The notes under the pieces were generated by a model. It did no database searches, was not told the DNA's origin, and saw only the letters and a program-made list of their open reading frames with translations. From an uncultured bacterium (GTDB lineage: Bacteria > SAR324 > NAC60-12), in contig CBFIGY010000004.1 of the NCBI GenBank assembly GCA_965662235.1, positions 1 to 64,000 of the forward strand: 64,000 nucleotides of DNA. The letters are read 5' to 3'. Position numbers and translations under genes: made by a program. Each line of letters begins with the position of its first letter. The stretch's first letter is position 1. Below, piece by piece: positions 18,055-27,621 of the stretch.

Positions 18055-19359
18055 ATGCTGGACCCCTACTTTTCTTTCAGCGAGGGCGGGGACCGCGCCT
18101 TCACTGTTGAGGCCCCGAAGATCAAGTTTGGCTGGGGCGCCCTCCGGGAGGTAGGCGCTGATGCCAAGGCCCTGGGGATGACCCGTGTGGCCCTGTTTAC
18201 GGATCCGCGTGTGCAGCACCTGGAGCCCGTGGAAACGGTCCGGAAGGCCCTGCAGCAGGCGGGACTGGACGTGGCCGTCTTTGCGGAGGTGGAGGTGGAG
18301 CCCACCGACCGGGCCTTTCGTGCCGGAGCTCAGTTTGCACAAGAGGGCGGTTTTGATGGCTTCCTCTCCGTCGGAGGCGGCTCCTGCATGGACACCGCGA
18401 AGGCGGCTAACCTCTACTCCTCGTGGCCTGAGGACCTGTTTGCCTACGTCAATGCTCCGATTGGACGGGCCCAGCCGGTTCCAGGACCCCTGAAGCCGCA
18501 CATCGCCTGCCCCACAACGTTTGGGACCGCCAGCGAGTGCACCGGCATTGCCATCTGTGACTTCCTAGAGTTGGGCGTTAAGTCGGGCATTTCTCACGCG
18601 TTCCTCCGCCCGAGCCTCGGGGTCCTGGACCCTTCTGTTCTGCAAACCCTCCCTCCTGCAGTCCGTGCCGCCAACGGGCTGGACGTCTTCAGCCACGCCT
18701 GCGAGTCGGTCACCGCCCGCCCCTTCACCCACCGTCCGGCCCCGGAACAGCCTTCCAAGCGCCCGCTCAGTCAGGGGGCCAATCCCTACAGCGACCTGGC
18801 CTGCCTGCGATCCATTCGCCTGATCGGCGAGCACCTGCTCCCCTCCCTAGAGGATCCGGAAGCACCGGGGCCGTTGGAGGGGTTGATGTTTGCGGGCATG
18901 CTGGCTGGCATCGGATTTGGAAACGCCGGGTGCCACGTGCCCCATGGAATGTCATACGCGGTTGCCGGACTCGCAAAGGAGCCTCCTCCGGAGGGGTGGC
19001 CGAACGATCACGCCATGGTTCCGCATGGCACGTCGGTCATTGTCAATGCGCCAGCGGTGTTCCGGAAGACCGGAGGGGCGTGTCCCGAGCGGCACCTGCA
19101 GGCGGCAGAGGCGTTGGGAATGGAGGTGCAGGACGTGGCGCTGGAGGACGCAGGAGAGGCGTTGGCGCAGCAGGTGATTCACCTGATGCAGCAGGCGCAC
19201 CTGCCCAATGGCCTTTCTGAATTGGGCTACACAGAAGCCGACCTCCCGGCGCTCACGGAACGGGCCTGGGCCCAGCAGCGCTTGCTGGTGAATGCTCCGC
19301 TGGCCTTGAGCGAAGCCGACCTCCGGGATCTGTTTCAGAAGGCCCTGCGGTACTGGTAG
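18055..19359 (+). CDS. Hydroxyacid-oxoacid transhydrogenase (iron-containing ADH family)
   Basis: VEVEPTD, SVGGGSCMDTAKAANLY, YVNAPIG, PTTFGTASECT, GIGFGNAGCHVPHGMSY, VPHG. Confidence 0.88.
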   Translation: MLDPYFSFSEGGDRAFTVEAPKIKFGWGALREVGADAKALGMTRVALFTDPRVQHLEPVETVRKALQQAGLDVAVFAEVEVEPTDRAFRAGAQFAQEGGFDGFLSVGGGSCMDTAKAANLYSSWPEDLFAYVNAPIGRAQPVPGPLKPHIACPTTFGTASECTGIAICDFLELGVKSGISHAFLRPSLGVLDPSVLQTLPPAVRAANGLDVFSHACESVTARPFTHRPAPEQPSKRPLSQGANPYSDLACLRSIRLIGEHLLPSLEDPEAPGPLEGLMFAGMLAGIGFGNAGCHVPHGMSYAVAGLAKEPPPEGWPNDHAMVPHGTSVIVNAPAVFRKTGGACPERHLQAAEALGMEVQDVALEDAGEALAQQVIHLMQQAHLPNGLSELGYTEADLPALTERAWAQQRLLVNAPLALSEADLRDLFQKALRYW

Positions 19360-19367
19360 GACGCCCT

Positions 19368-20240
19368 TTAGAAGAGGCTCAGCTGTGCCGCTTCCGGATC
19401 CTCCGGAAAGGACGGAAGGTCCGGTAGCTCAGGGAGCCGCTGCTGCACCAGTGTGTAAAAGGTCCGGGCCAGCTCAGGCGCAGTCTCGTCCCCGGGAGTG
19501 TGTACAAAGAACCAGGGCGTGATGCCCTGCTGAATCCAGCGGACCACCTGATCCGCCCAGCGGTTCAGGGCCGGAAGGTTCCGGGCGTCCTCTCGGTGTC
19601 CGACAAAACGGACGAGGGCCTGGTCGGTGGTGACCGTGTCCCGGAAGGCGACCCGTGGCTTCTTGCGTTGAGCCTCCTGAGTGGCAGCATCCGTTTCTGT
19701 GCTGGAGAACAGCTCGGTGGTGTCAAAGACCATTCGTGCGGCCGCGTGCTGCTGCAGGAGCGCATCGAGCCGAGCTTCAGCGGGACCACGAGAGAAGAAC
19801 TCGGGATGCCGGACTTCGACCGTGTAACGGAAGTCCGCAGGCAGCTGCTGCAGAAAGGCTTCAAGCGTTGGCAGGTCCCGGGGACCAAAGGATGCTGGAA
19901 GTTGCAGAAAGAGCGGTCCAAGGCGCGCTTCTAGGGGCGCAAAGGTCTGAAACATCCGGGTCAGGTCTTCAGAAACATGGTGCAGCCTCAGCTCATGAGA
20001 GAGCCGCTGCGGCATCTTCAGGCAGAAACGAAATCCCTCCGGCGTCTCCTCCTTCCACCGTTCAATGATCTCAGGACGAGGCAGCGCATAGAAGGTGGTG
20101 TTGCCTTCAACGGTGGTGAAGACGGAGGCATAGGCCTTGAGGAATTCCGCCGGCTTGGCGGTTTCCGGAAACAGGCTTCCACGCCAGTCGGCATTGGCCC
20201 ATTCGGGGCATCCAAGGTAGAACGGAGCAGCGGGTTCCAT
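19368..20240 (-). CDS. DUF72 (YecE-like) protein
   Basis: YLGCPEW, TVEGNTTFYALP, FCLKMP, FLQLP, VEVRHPEF, FFVHTP. Confidence 0.88.
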   Translation of the reverse strand: MEPAAPFYLGCPEWANADWRGSLFPETAKPAEFLKAYASVFTTVEGNTTFYALPRPEIIERWKEETPEGFRFCLKMPQRLSHELRLHHVSEDLTRMFQTFAPLEARLGPLFLQLPASFGPRDLPTLEAFLQQLPADFRYTVEVRHPEFFSRGPAEARLDALLQQHAAARMVFDTTELFSSTETDAATQEAQRKKPRVAFRDTVTTDQALVRFVGHREDARNLPALNRWADQVVRWIQQGITPWFFVHTPGDETAPELARTFYTLVQQRLPELPDLPSFPEDPEAAQLSLF

Positions 20241-20316
20241 GGTTGTTCTTTCTTCAGGTTGCGCTTAAGCTACTGCGGTCGTGCCCGCACCTTTCACCAT
20301 TTTACGGAGTTGATTC

Positions 20317-21465
20317 ATGAAAGCCTATACCCCGTCTTGGGAAACTGAGGAACTGCGCCTGCTCCGCGAGACCACCCGCAAGTTTCTGGAACGTGAGTTT
20401 GTCCCCAAACTGGAGGGCTGGTTCGCTCAGGGAATGGTGGACCGAGACGCTTGGAATCAAGCGGGAGAGATGGGACTGCTGCTGCCGAGCATCCCGGAAG
20501 CCTATGGTGGCTTCGGAGGAAGCTTTGCGCATGAGGCGGTGGTGATTGAGGAGCTGGAGCGGTCGGGCATCGGAGGCAACCTGGGCTACCCGGTGCACAG
20601 CACCATCTGTCCGCACTACCTGCTGAACTACGGGACCGAGGAGCAGAAGCAGCGCTGGCTTCCGCAACTGGCCTCTGGGGAACGGGTCTCTGCCATTGCG
20701 ATGAGTGAGCCTGGAGCTGGCTCCGACCTGCAGAGCATCCAGACCCGAGCGGTCCGGGATGGAGACACGTATGTCGTCAATGGGGCGAAGACCTTCATCA
20801 CCAACGGGCAGCATGCCGACCTCATCCTCCTCTGCGTTAAGACTGGGGAAGGCAAGGGCTCCCGGAACATCTCGATCCTGGTGGTGGAAACCGAGAACAC
20901 GCCAGGCTTCCAGCGGGGCCGGAACCTCGACAAGATGGGGATGAAGGCGGCAGACACGTCGGAGCTGTTCTTTGATGACGCGCGGGTGCCGGTGGCCAAT
21001 CTGCTCGGCGAAGAGGGCAAGGGCTTCTACTACCTCATGCAGCAGCTTCCACAGGAACGCCTGGCCCTGGCAGTGGCCGCGGTGGCGGCCATTGAGCATG
21101 CCGTTGAGATTACGGTGGAACACACCCGGAGCCGGGAGGCATTTGGCAAACGGCTTCTGGACCTGCAGACCGTCCGCTTTACCCTAGCGGAGTGCAAGAC
21201 AGAGGCGCACATTGCCCGGGTGTTCCTCGACTCCTGCATTGAGCGTCTGTGCCGAGGAGAGCTGGACAACGAAACCGCGTCCATGGCGAAGTGGTGGTGC
21301 ACACAGAAGCAGAATGAAATCGTGGACGCCTGCCTGCAGCTGCACGGGGGGTACGGGTACATGAACGAGTATGAAATCGCCCGGATGTACACCGATGCTC
21401 GGGTTCAGAAGATTTACGGGGGCAGCAACGAGATCATGAAGGAGCTGATCGGACGCAGCCTTTAG
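20317..21465 (+). CDS. Acyl-CoA dehydrogenase (long-chain type)
   Basis: AIAMSEPGAGSDL, NGAKTFITNG, DTSELFF, QLHGGYGYMNEY, IYGGSNEIMK. Confidence 0.93.
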   Translation: MKAYTPSWETEELRLLRETTRKFLEREFVPKLEGWFAQGMVDRDAWNQAGEMGLLLPSIPEAYGGFGGSFAHEAVVIEELERSGIGGNLGYPVHSTICPHYLLNYGTEEQKQRWLPQLASGERVSAIAMSEPGAGSDLQSIQTRAVRDGDTYVVNGAKTFITNGQHADLILLCVKTGEGKGSRNISILVVETENTPGFQRGRNLDKMGMKAADTSELFFDDARVPVANLLGEEGKGFYYLMQQLPQERLALAVAAVAAIEHAVEITVEHTRSREAFGKRLLDLQTVRFTLAECKTEAHIARVFLDSCIERLCRGELDNETASMAKWWCTQKQNEIVDACLQLHGGYGYMNEYEIARMYTDARVQKIYGGSNEIMKELIGRSL

Positions 21466-22118
21466 GAGAACGCGTCTCGATCATCAGGAAGCTCGGCCAT
21501 CACCTGCTCAATGAGGTCCCGTGAGAAGCCCTGCTGGTAGAGCTTGCTCCAGAGGTTCCGTTGGGGCTGTCCGGGTTTGAGACGCTTGAGGGCCTTGTCT
21601 CGGGCACGACGGGCCTTGTCGAGCCACAGGGACGCGCTCTGGTGCTGGGCCAGCAGGTGCTCCGCGAGCTCCCGAGCAATTCCCCGCTGCTGCAGCTCAC
21701 CGACCAGCCGAAACGGGCCCTGGTCTCGGGAGTGCAGGCGAGACTCTAGGAAGCTCCGGGCAAAGCGCTCATCGCTCTGGTAACCACGTTCCTGCAGCTC
21801 GTCTAGGCAGGCGTCAATGAGCTCCGGGGCATCAAAACGCTGCCGAAGCTTCTGCCGGAGTTCCCAGCGGGAGTGCTCCCGAGAGGCCAGCAGCGCTAGG
21901 GCTCGCTCCCGGACGGTCCAGCGCCAGATGGCGGCTTCTAGGCGAGCATGCTGTTCGGGGGTAAAGGTCTCCTCTCGTGGCAGTTCCAGGTCCGTCCACG
22001 ACCGGTAGTCCAAGCGAGCCGCGGGCGCGTCGTCACTGAAATCCAGCACCACTTCGCCACTTTCCAAGAAGCGAACCTGCTTGACCTTCCAACCAACTGT
22101 AATTTCTTTTTGCCTCAA
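21462..22118 (-). CDS. recX: Regulatory protein RecX
   Basis: ALALLASREHSRWELRQKL, GYQSDERFA, GPFRLVGELQQRGI, LYQQGFS. Start codon uncertain. Confidence 0.82.
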   Translation of the reverse strand: MRQKEITVGWKVKQVRFLESGEVVLDFSDDAPAARLDYRSWTDLELPREETFTPEQHARLEAAIWRWTVRERALALLASREHSRWELRQKLRQRFDAPELIDACLDELQERGYQSDERFARSFLESRLHSRDQGPFRLVGELQQRGIARELAEHLLAQHQSASLWLDKARRARDKALKRLKPGQPQRNLWSKLYQQGFSRDLIEQVMAELPDDRDAFS

Positions 22119-22816
22119 TGCGTTACCGTACTCCTGATGTTCGGGCCCTGGATCCTGTCGAGTTTCAGCGGCAGACGGAGAACAACCCCTACCTCAAGGA
22201 GGTTTATGAGTACCCGGACCTGATCTGGGTGCACCCTCAGCCCGAACAGTTTCCTGCGTGGCAGGCGGCTCACCCCCACCTGCAGCTGCACCTTGAAATT
22301 GGTTGTGGCTCCGGACGGTACCTGATTCAGTGGGCTGAGACGCATCCGGAAGCGCTGTTCTTGGGCATGGAGCTCCGGTACAAACGCCTGGCTTTGGCAG
22401 CCCGCAAGCTGCAGCGCAAAGCGGTGGCAAACGTGCTGCTGCTGAGGGATCGGGGCGAGTACTTTGACGACTACCTGACCCCGAACTCACTGGACGTCCT
22501 GCACGTGAACTTCCCGGACCCGTGGCCGAAGAAGGGACATGCAAAGAACCGTCTGATGAGCCCCGAATTTCTGGAGCGCCTGCGGCCCTACCTGAAGCCG
22601 ACGGGGGAGATCCGCTTCAAAACCGACCACCAGGAGTACTTTGCTTGGGTCTCAGAAACCTTCCGGGGCTTGGACGGCTACGCCCTGGACGCTCACACGG
22701 AGGTGCTGCAGCAGAGCGCATTTGCCGAAGGAAATGTGGAAACGGAGTTTGAGCTGCTGTTTCGCTCAAAGGGCGACCCCCCGATTGGGTTCCTGATCGC
22801 CCGACGACAGCACTGA
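22118..22816 (+). CDS. trmB: tRNA (guanine-N7)-methyltransferase
   Basis: LEIGCGSG, LGMELR, VNFPDPWPKK, FKTDH, TEFE. Confidence 0.92.
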   Translation: MRYRTPDVRALDPVEFQRQTENNPYLKEVYEYPDLIWVHPQPEQFPAWQAAHPHLQLHLEIGCGSGRYLIQWAETHPEALFLGMELRYKRLALAARKLQRKAVANVLLLRDRGEYFDDYLTPNSLDVLHVNFPDPWPKKGHAKNRLMSPEFLERLRPYLKPTGEIRFKTDHQEYFAWVSETFRGLDGYALDAHTEVLQQSAFAEGNVETEFELLFRSKGDPPIGFLIARRQH

Positions 22817-22817
22817 C

Positions 22818-23615
22818 TCACTTCCAGTTGGGGTGCCGTTTCTCAATGAACGCGTCTACGCCTTCAGCGGCATCCGGATCCATCAGGTTGCAGGCCATGC
22901 GCTCGCCTGCAAAGGCATAGGCCTCTTCAATGGGCATCTGCAGCTGTCGGTAGAACATTTCCTTGCCAATGCGCAACGCTGCCAGTGGTTTGGAGGCAAT
23001 GGTCTGGGCCAGCTTCCACACGGCCCCGTCGAGCTGTTCGGCAGGAACGGCTTCATTGATCAGGCCCTGGGCGGTGGCGGTGGCCGCGTCAATGAAGTCC
23101 CCCGTCAGCAGCAGACGTGCAGCATTCTTGCGCGAGAGGTTCCGGCTCACCGGGACTGCCGGGGTGGAGCAAAACAGCCCTAGGTTCACACCGGAGGTGG
23201 CAAACCGAGCCTCTTCCGAAGCAATGGCCAGGTCACACGCGGCAACCAACTGACAGCCGGCCGCAGTGGCAATTCCGTGAACCCGGGCAATCACCGGTTG
23301 CGGAAGCTGATGCAGCGAAAGCATCATGCGGCTGCATTGCGCAAACAGGGACTCGTAGTACTCCTGGCTTGGCTGACTCCGCATCTGCTTCAGGTCATGA
23401 CCGGCGCAGAAGGCCTTGCCGTTAGCAGCGAGCACCACCACCCGGATCTCATCGTCCTGAGCCAAGGCGTCAAGCTCCTGCTGCAGAGCTGTGAGCAGCT
23501 CTTCCGAGAGCGCGTTGTACTGGCGGGGCCGGTTCAGGGTCAAGGTGGCGATGCGTCCATTGTCTTCGCGGAGCACAAGGGCGTCAGAGGCTTCAGCCGG
23601 TGCAGGCATTCCCAT
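22818..23615 (-). CDS. Enoyl-CoA hydratase/isomerase (ECHDC3-like)
   Basis: LNRPRQYNAL, AFCAGHDLK, ATAAGCQLVAACDL, GLFCSTP. Confidence 0.9.
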   Translation of the reverse strand: MGMPAPAEASDALVLREDNGRIATLTLNRPRQYNALSEELLTALQQELDALAQDDEIRVVVLAANGKAFCAGHDLKQMRSQPSQEYYESLFAQCSRMMLSLHQLPQPVIARVHGIATAAGCQLVAACDLAIASEEARFATSGVNLGLFCSTPAVPVSRNLSRKNAARLLLTGDFIDAATATAQGLINEAVPAEQLDGAVWKLAQTIASKPLAALRIGKEMFYRQLQMPIEEAYAFAGERMACNLMDPDAAEGVDAFIEKRHPNWK

Positions 23616-23798
23616 GGTTTTCCTTCAGAGAGCGGTTTACGGGGTTGGAAAGTCCGAAAAGACTCACTATAGTGACCTTACCCAAGCGGTGCAAGTCGGG
23701 TCACCCTCCGGAAAACCTGGAGGCGCCGGCTGAGGAACCGCAGGATCCGGTGGCCGGTGGGCCGTCACCATTAACGATCATTCATCAGACGAGGAACA

Positions 23799-24713
23799 AT
23801 GCTGCGCGTGGGCGTGGATTTAGGGGGAACCAAGATTGAAGCCATTGTGCTGGATGAACACGGGAACGAGCAGGCTCGGAAACGAGTGGCCACGCCTCGG
23901 GAGGACTATGAAGGCACCCTGGCCACCATTGCTCAGTTGGTGGACGACGTGGAGCGGGAGGCCGGAGGGACCGGCACCGTTGGGGTGGGCATGCCCGGAT
24001 CGTTTTCTCCCACCACAGGACTGGTCCGCAACAGCAACTCCGTGTGGCTCAACCAACGGGCATTTGACCAGGACCTGCAGGCCTACATGAAGCGTCCCCT
24101 CCGCTTTGCCAACGACGCCAACTGCCTGGCGGTCTCAGAGGCCGTTGATGGCGCCGGTGCGGGTTACAAGGTGGTGTTTGCGGTCATTCTGGGAACCGGT
24201 TCCGGAGGCGGAGTAGCGCTCCAGGGATCCGTGCACGCGGGTCCGAATTTTGTCGGAGGCGAGTGGGGGCACAATCCGTTGGGGTGGCTCACCCCTGAGG
24301 AGTATCCGGGAAATCCCTGCTACTGCGGCCTCAAGGGCTGCATTGAAACCTACGTCTCAGGCTCCGGATTGGAGCTGGATTATGAGCAGACAACCGGAAC
24401 CAAGCGGCGGGGACCAGAAATTGTGACGCTGGCGGAGTCCGGAGACGCTGTGGCGGAAGGGGCCCTGCAGCGTTACGAAAATCGTCTGGCCCGGGCCCTT
24501 GCTGGGGCAATCAACCTCTTGGATCCCGACGTCATTGTGCTGGGAGGAGGCATGTCGAACCTGACCCGCCTCTATGATGCTCTGCCGGGCCTGATTCCGA
24601 ATTGGGTCTTTGGGAACGAGTTCACCACGCCCATCCGGAAAGCCGCTCATGGCGACTCGTCAGGCGTCCGTGGCGCCGCATGGCTGTGGGGCACAGAGGG
24701 GCTCATCGGGTGA
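23799..24713 (+). CDS. mak: ROK-family sugar kinase (fructokinase, Mak-like)
   Basis: GVDLGGTKIE, ANDANCLAVSE, ILGTG, GEWGH, CYCG..GCIE, HGDSSGVRGAAWLW. Confidence 0.85.
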   Translation: MLRVGVDLGGTKIEAIVLDEHGNEQARKRVATPREDYEGTLATIAQLVDDVEREAGGTGTVGVGMPGSFSPTTGLVRNSNSVWLNQRAFDQDLQAYMKRPLRFANDANCLAVSEAVDGAGAGYKVVFAVILGTGSGGGVALQGSVHAGPNFVGGEWGHNPLGWLTPEEYPGNPCYCGLKGCIETYVSGSGLELDYEQTTGTKRRGPEIVTLAESGDAVAEGALQRYENRLARALAGAINLLDPDVIVLGGGMSNLTRLYDALPGLIPNWVFGNEFTTPIRKAAHGDSSGVRGAAWLWGTEGLIG

Positions 24714-25590
24714 AGCGCCGGAGGATCGCCAGCACGGAACTCAGGTAGCTGCCGCCGAACAGGTTTAGGTGGTTGAGGAGGTGGTAGAGGTGATAAAGCG
24801 GCTCACGGTGTTCCCACCCCCGGACCCGTGGAAAAACGGCGTCGTAGCCCTGATAGAACTCTGGTGGAAAGCCTCCAAACAGGGTCGTCATTGCCAGGTC
24901 GGCTTCGCGGTGCCCATGAGACGCTGCCGGGTCGATGACCCAACCCGCCCCTTCCTGATCAAAGAGGTGGTTCCCCGACCACAGGTCTCCGTGCAGCAGC
25001 GCCGGAGGCTCCTCGCTTCCAGACAGCAGCTCCGGCAGACGTTCCAGAAGCTGCGTCATCCGCTCCGATAACTCTCCCTTCCCCCACCCTGCCTGCTGCG
25101 CAAGCGTCAGCTGAAACCGGAGCCGGTGGTCCCGGTAGAACACCGCCCAGTCCTGCTGGGCCCGTCCGCTGGCTTGATTGGACTGAGGACTGCTTCCAAG
25201 GAAGTTGTCGGTGGGAAAACCGAATGCCGGCTGAGGCACCTGGTGCAACCGAGCCACAGCCTGTCCCAGCGCAAAGTAGCTCCCGGACCGGGCGCGGCCG
25301 GTGGGGACGTACTCCAGCAGCAGCACCTGAGGCGAAGCCGCCAGCACCCGAGGAACCCGCACGGTTCCGGTGGCACGCAGGGCCTGGAGTCCAGCGGCCT
25401 CTGCCGTCAGCATGGCTGCTGGCTGCCCCGGACGGGCCTGCTTCGCAAAGACCCGCTGACCAGAGCGGAGCTGCAGCACCCGAGAGTCGGCAATGCAGCC
25501 TCCGGACACGGCGGCTTCTCCCGTCACCTCCTCACCCAGCAGGCGTTGGACCTGTGAGGCCAGCGTTTCCTTTTCCGTTTTTGTCCTCAA
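24703..25590 (-). CDS. Fructosamine kinase family protein
   Basis: SGGCI, FGFPTDNFLG..PQ.N, PALLHGDLWSGN, IDPA, EADLAM..LFGGF, YHLLNHLNLFGGSY. Confidence 0.9.
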   Translation of the reverse strand: MRTKTEKETLASQVQRLLGEEVTGEAAVSGGCIADSRVLQLRSGQRVFAKQARPGQPAAMLTAEAAGLQALRATGTVRVPRVLAASPQVLLLEYVPTGRARSGSYFALGQAVARLHQVPQPAFGFPTDNFLGSSPQSNQASGRAQQDWAVFYRDHRLRFQLTLAQQAGWGKGELSERMTQLLERLPELLSGSEEPPALLHGDLWSGNHLFDQEGAGWVIDPAASHGHREADLAMTTLFGGFPPEFYQGYDAVFPRVRGWEHREPLYHLYHLLNHLNLFGGSYLSSVLAILRRFTR

Positions 25591-25876
25591 GGGGTCCTCC
25601 TTGTACTGTCAATTGTGTCTGCAACTGCAGGAAAAAGCTGATCAACCTTTCTGAAAAGAATTGATGAAGTAAGCCCGAAACGCTACTAATTTAACAGGTC
25701 CGAAGGGGTTTGACGAATCCCCTTGGGGAAAATCCTTGGAAGGGCGCGTCGCCTTTTCAGACGGGCGCTGCTGCGGTGGAACATCCCTTGCTGAAGTAAA
25801 AAAGCCTCAGACCTTCACCGCGGGTGGAGGGAGCGGTGGCGTGGTGAGTGGTCGTTTTTGAGAAGATGAGAAGGGT

Positions 25877-27427
25877 ATGAAAAAACTCCTTGCGCAGACT
25901 TCGGAAACTGAGGAGGCACTTTCGTCCTCTGAGGCCTCCCTCAGGCGTCGTTTGGAGCTCCAGCTGGCACAGATTGAACTGGCTGCCGAGTCAGGCGCAC
26001 TTGGGTTTTGGGGAGAGGGCGAATCGGAGGTCTGGTGGGATGAAAACTGCCTGAAGCTCCTGCGGATGCAGGCCGGAGAGAAGCCGGGGCTGGAGGCGCT
26101 TTTGGAACGCTTCCATCCGTATCAGCAGGAGGAGCAGCGTGCTCGTTTCTTTGCCGCCGTGCAGCAGGCGCGGGAAGGACAACCGGCGCAGGTGCTGCTC
26201 CGGATGCAGCTGCTCGACAAGACGGAGCTGTGGTTGAGTGCACACATCCGACAGTTTCAGCGGGAAGATGGTTCCTCCAACATGATTGGGGTGATTCAGG
26301 ACGTTACGGAGCGGGAGCAGCACCTTCATCAGATCCAACGGAACCTCGAACTGCGCCAGATCGTCAACCAGGGAGCCCGCTTGGGGTACTGGGAGCTCAA
26401 GGTGGAGTCGGATGAAATGAGCATTGACGAGTTCCTGCAGCGCTTCCTGAGCCTGCCGAGCCCGCTTGGTTCCGCAGACCTGCTGCAGCGCATCCATCCG
26501 GAGAGCCTGGAGGTGTTCACGAAGGCCCGTCAGGAAGTCCGGGAACGCGGTGAAGCGGTTTCTGAGCTCAAACTCGTTCTTCCCGACCAACCGGTGGCGT
26601 ACATGCGGACCTATCAGCGACGTGTGGACACGCAGGGGCAGTTGCACATCATTGGGGTGACTCAGGACATCACTCAGGAGGTGCAGCAGCGGGAGTTTCA
26701 GCGACGTCAGGAACGCTTGGCCAATCTGGGACAGCTGGCTGCAGAGATCAACCATGACCTCAATCAGCCGATTGCGGCCCTGATGATGCGCCTGACCAGT
26801 CTGGACAACTACCTAGATCCCGCTAAACAGGAACGGGCCAAGCGGGTGCTCAATGCGGCAAAGGCGTCCCTGGAGCACGCCCGTAACATTGTGACCCGAA
26901 CCCTGGATGTGGCCCGGAACCAGAGCGGTCAGCGTCCTCAGCCGCTTTCGGTGGTGGTGTACCAAACCCTGGAGCTGCTGGAGACCACCCTGCGGCACCA
27001 GAATGTGGAGGTCCGGTTTCTCAACCAATGGGCCGGCACACCGGGGGTGGAGCCGCTTCCGAAGATCAATGGGAAGGAACTGCTGCAGGTGCTGCAGAAC
27101 CTCATCATGAATGCCTGTGACGCGCTCACGGAACGGACCCGCGTGGACCCCAGACCGTTTAAGCAGGTGCTGGAGCTTGACCTGCACGCGGAAGCCGACC
27201 AGGTCATTCTGCAGGTGCAGGACAACGGCAGCGGCATTCCCGAGGAAGCCCTGCTGCATCTGTTTGAGCCGTTTTATACCACCAAGCAGACCACGGGCAC
27301 CGGTCTGGGGCTTTCGATGTGCCAACGGCTCATCAAGGCTCATCAAGGTACCCTGACGGCCGGCAACCGCACCGACTCCCCGGGCGCCTGGTTCCGCATT
27401 GCGCTCCCAATGCCGGGGAACGCCTAA
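25877..27427 (+). CDS. Cytoplasmic PAS-domain sensor histidine kinase
   Basis: Two PAS/PAC-like segments (GVIQDVTE, GVTQDITQ), H-box EINHDLNQP, N-box QNLIMNACDA, DNGSGI, FEPFYTTK, GTGLGL. Confidence 0.9.
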   Translation: MKKLLAQTSETEEALSSSEASLRRRLELQLAQIELAAESGALGFWGEGESEVWWDENCLKLLRMQAGEKPGLEALLERFHPYQQEEQRARFFAAVQQAREGQPAQVLLRMQLLDKTELWLSAHIRQFQREDGSSNMIGVIQDVTEREQHLHQIQRNLELRQIVNQGARLGYWELKVESDEMSIDEFLQRFLSLPSPLGSADLLQRIHPESLEVFTKARQEVRERGEAVSELKLVLPDQPVAYMRTYQRRVDTQGQLHIIGVTQDITQEVQQREFQRRQERLANLGQLAAEINHDLNQPIAALMMRLTSLDNYLDPAKQERAKRVLNAAKASLEHARNIVTRTLDVARNQSGQRPQPLSVVVYQTLELLETTLRHQNVEVRFLNQWAGTPGVEPLPKINGKELLQVLQNLIMNACDALTERTRVDPRPFKQVLELDLHAEADQVILQVQDNGSGIPEEALLHLFEPFYTTKQTTGTGLGLSMCQRLIKAHQGTLTAGNRTDSPGAWFRIALPMPGNA

Positions 27428-27621
27428 ACTCCAAACCGCTCAAAACTGCTGGGAGCCCTTCCGGGATTCCATCAGAAAAGGGTCCTGACCTCTCCCATGA
27501 TCTACGTACAGCATTTCGGTCAGGAGCCCTTACAATGGGCCGACGAAGGCGCCGGAGGATGCCGGACCTTGCTGGCCCCACCTCTTTCCGTGCCCTGTTG
27601 CACATCCCTCCTCTCTGAAAA

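Noticed and set aside
23799..25590. Fructokinase plus fructosamine kinase as a single pathway operon
   Set aside because: The genes are convergent, so they are not co-transcribed, and adjacency alone does not show a functional link.
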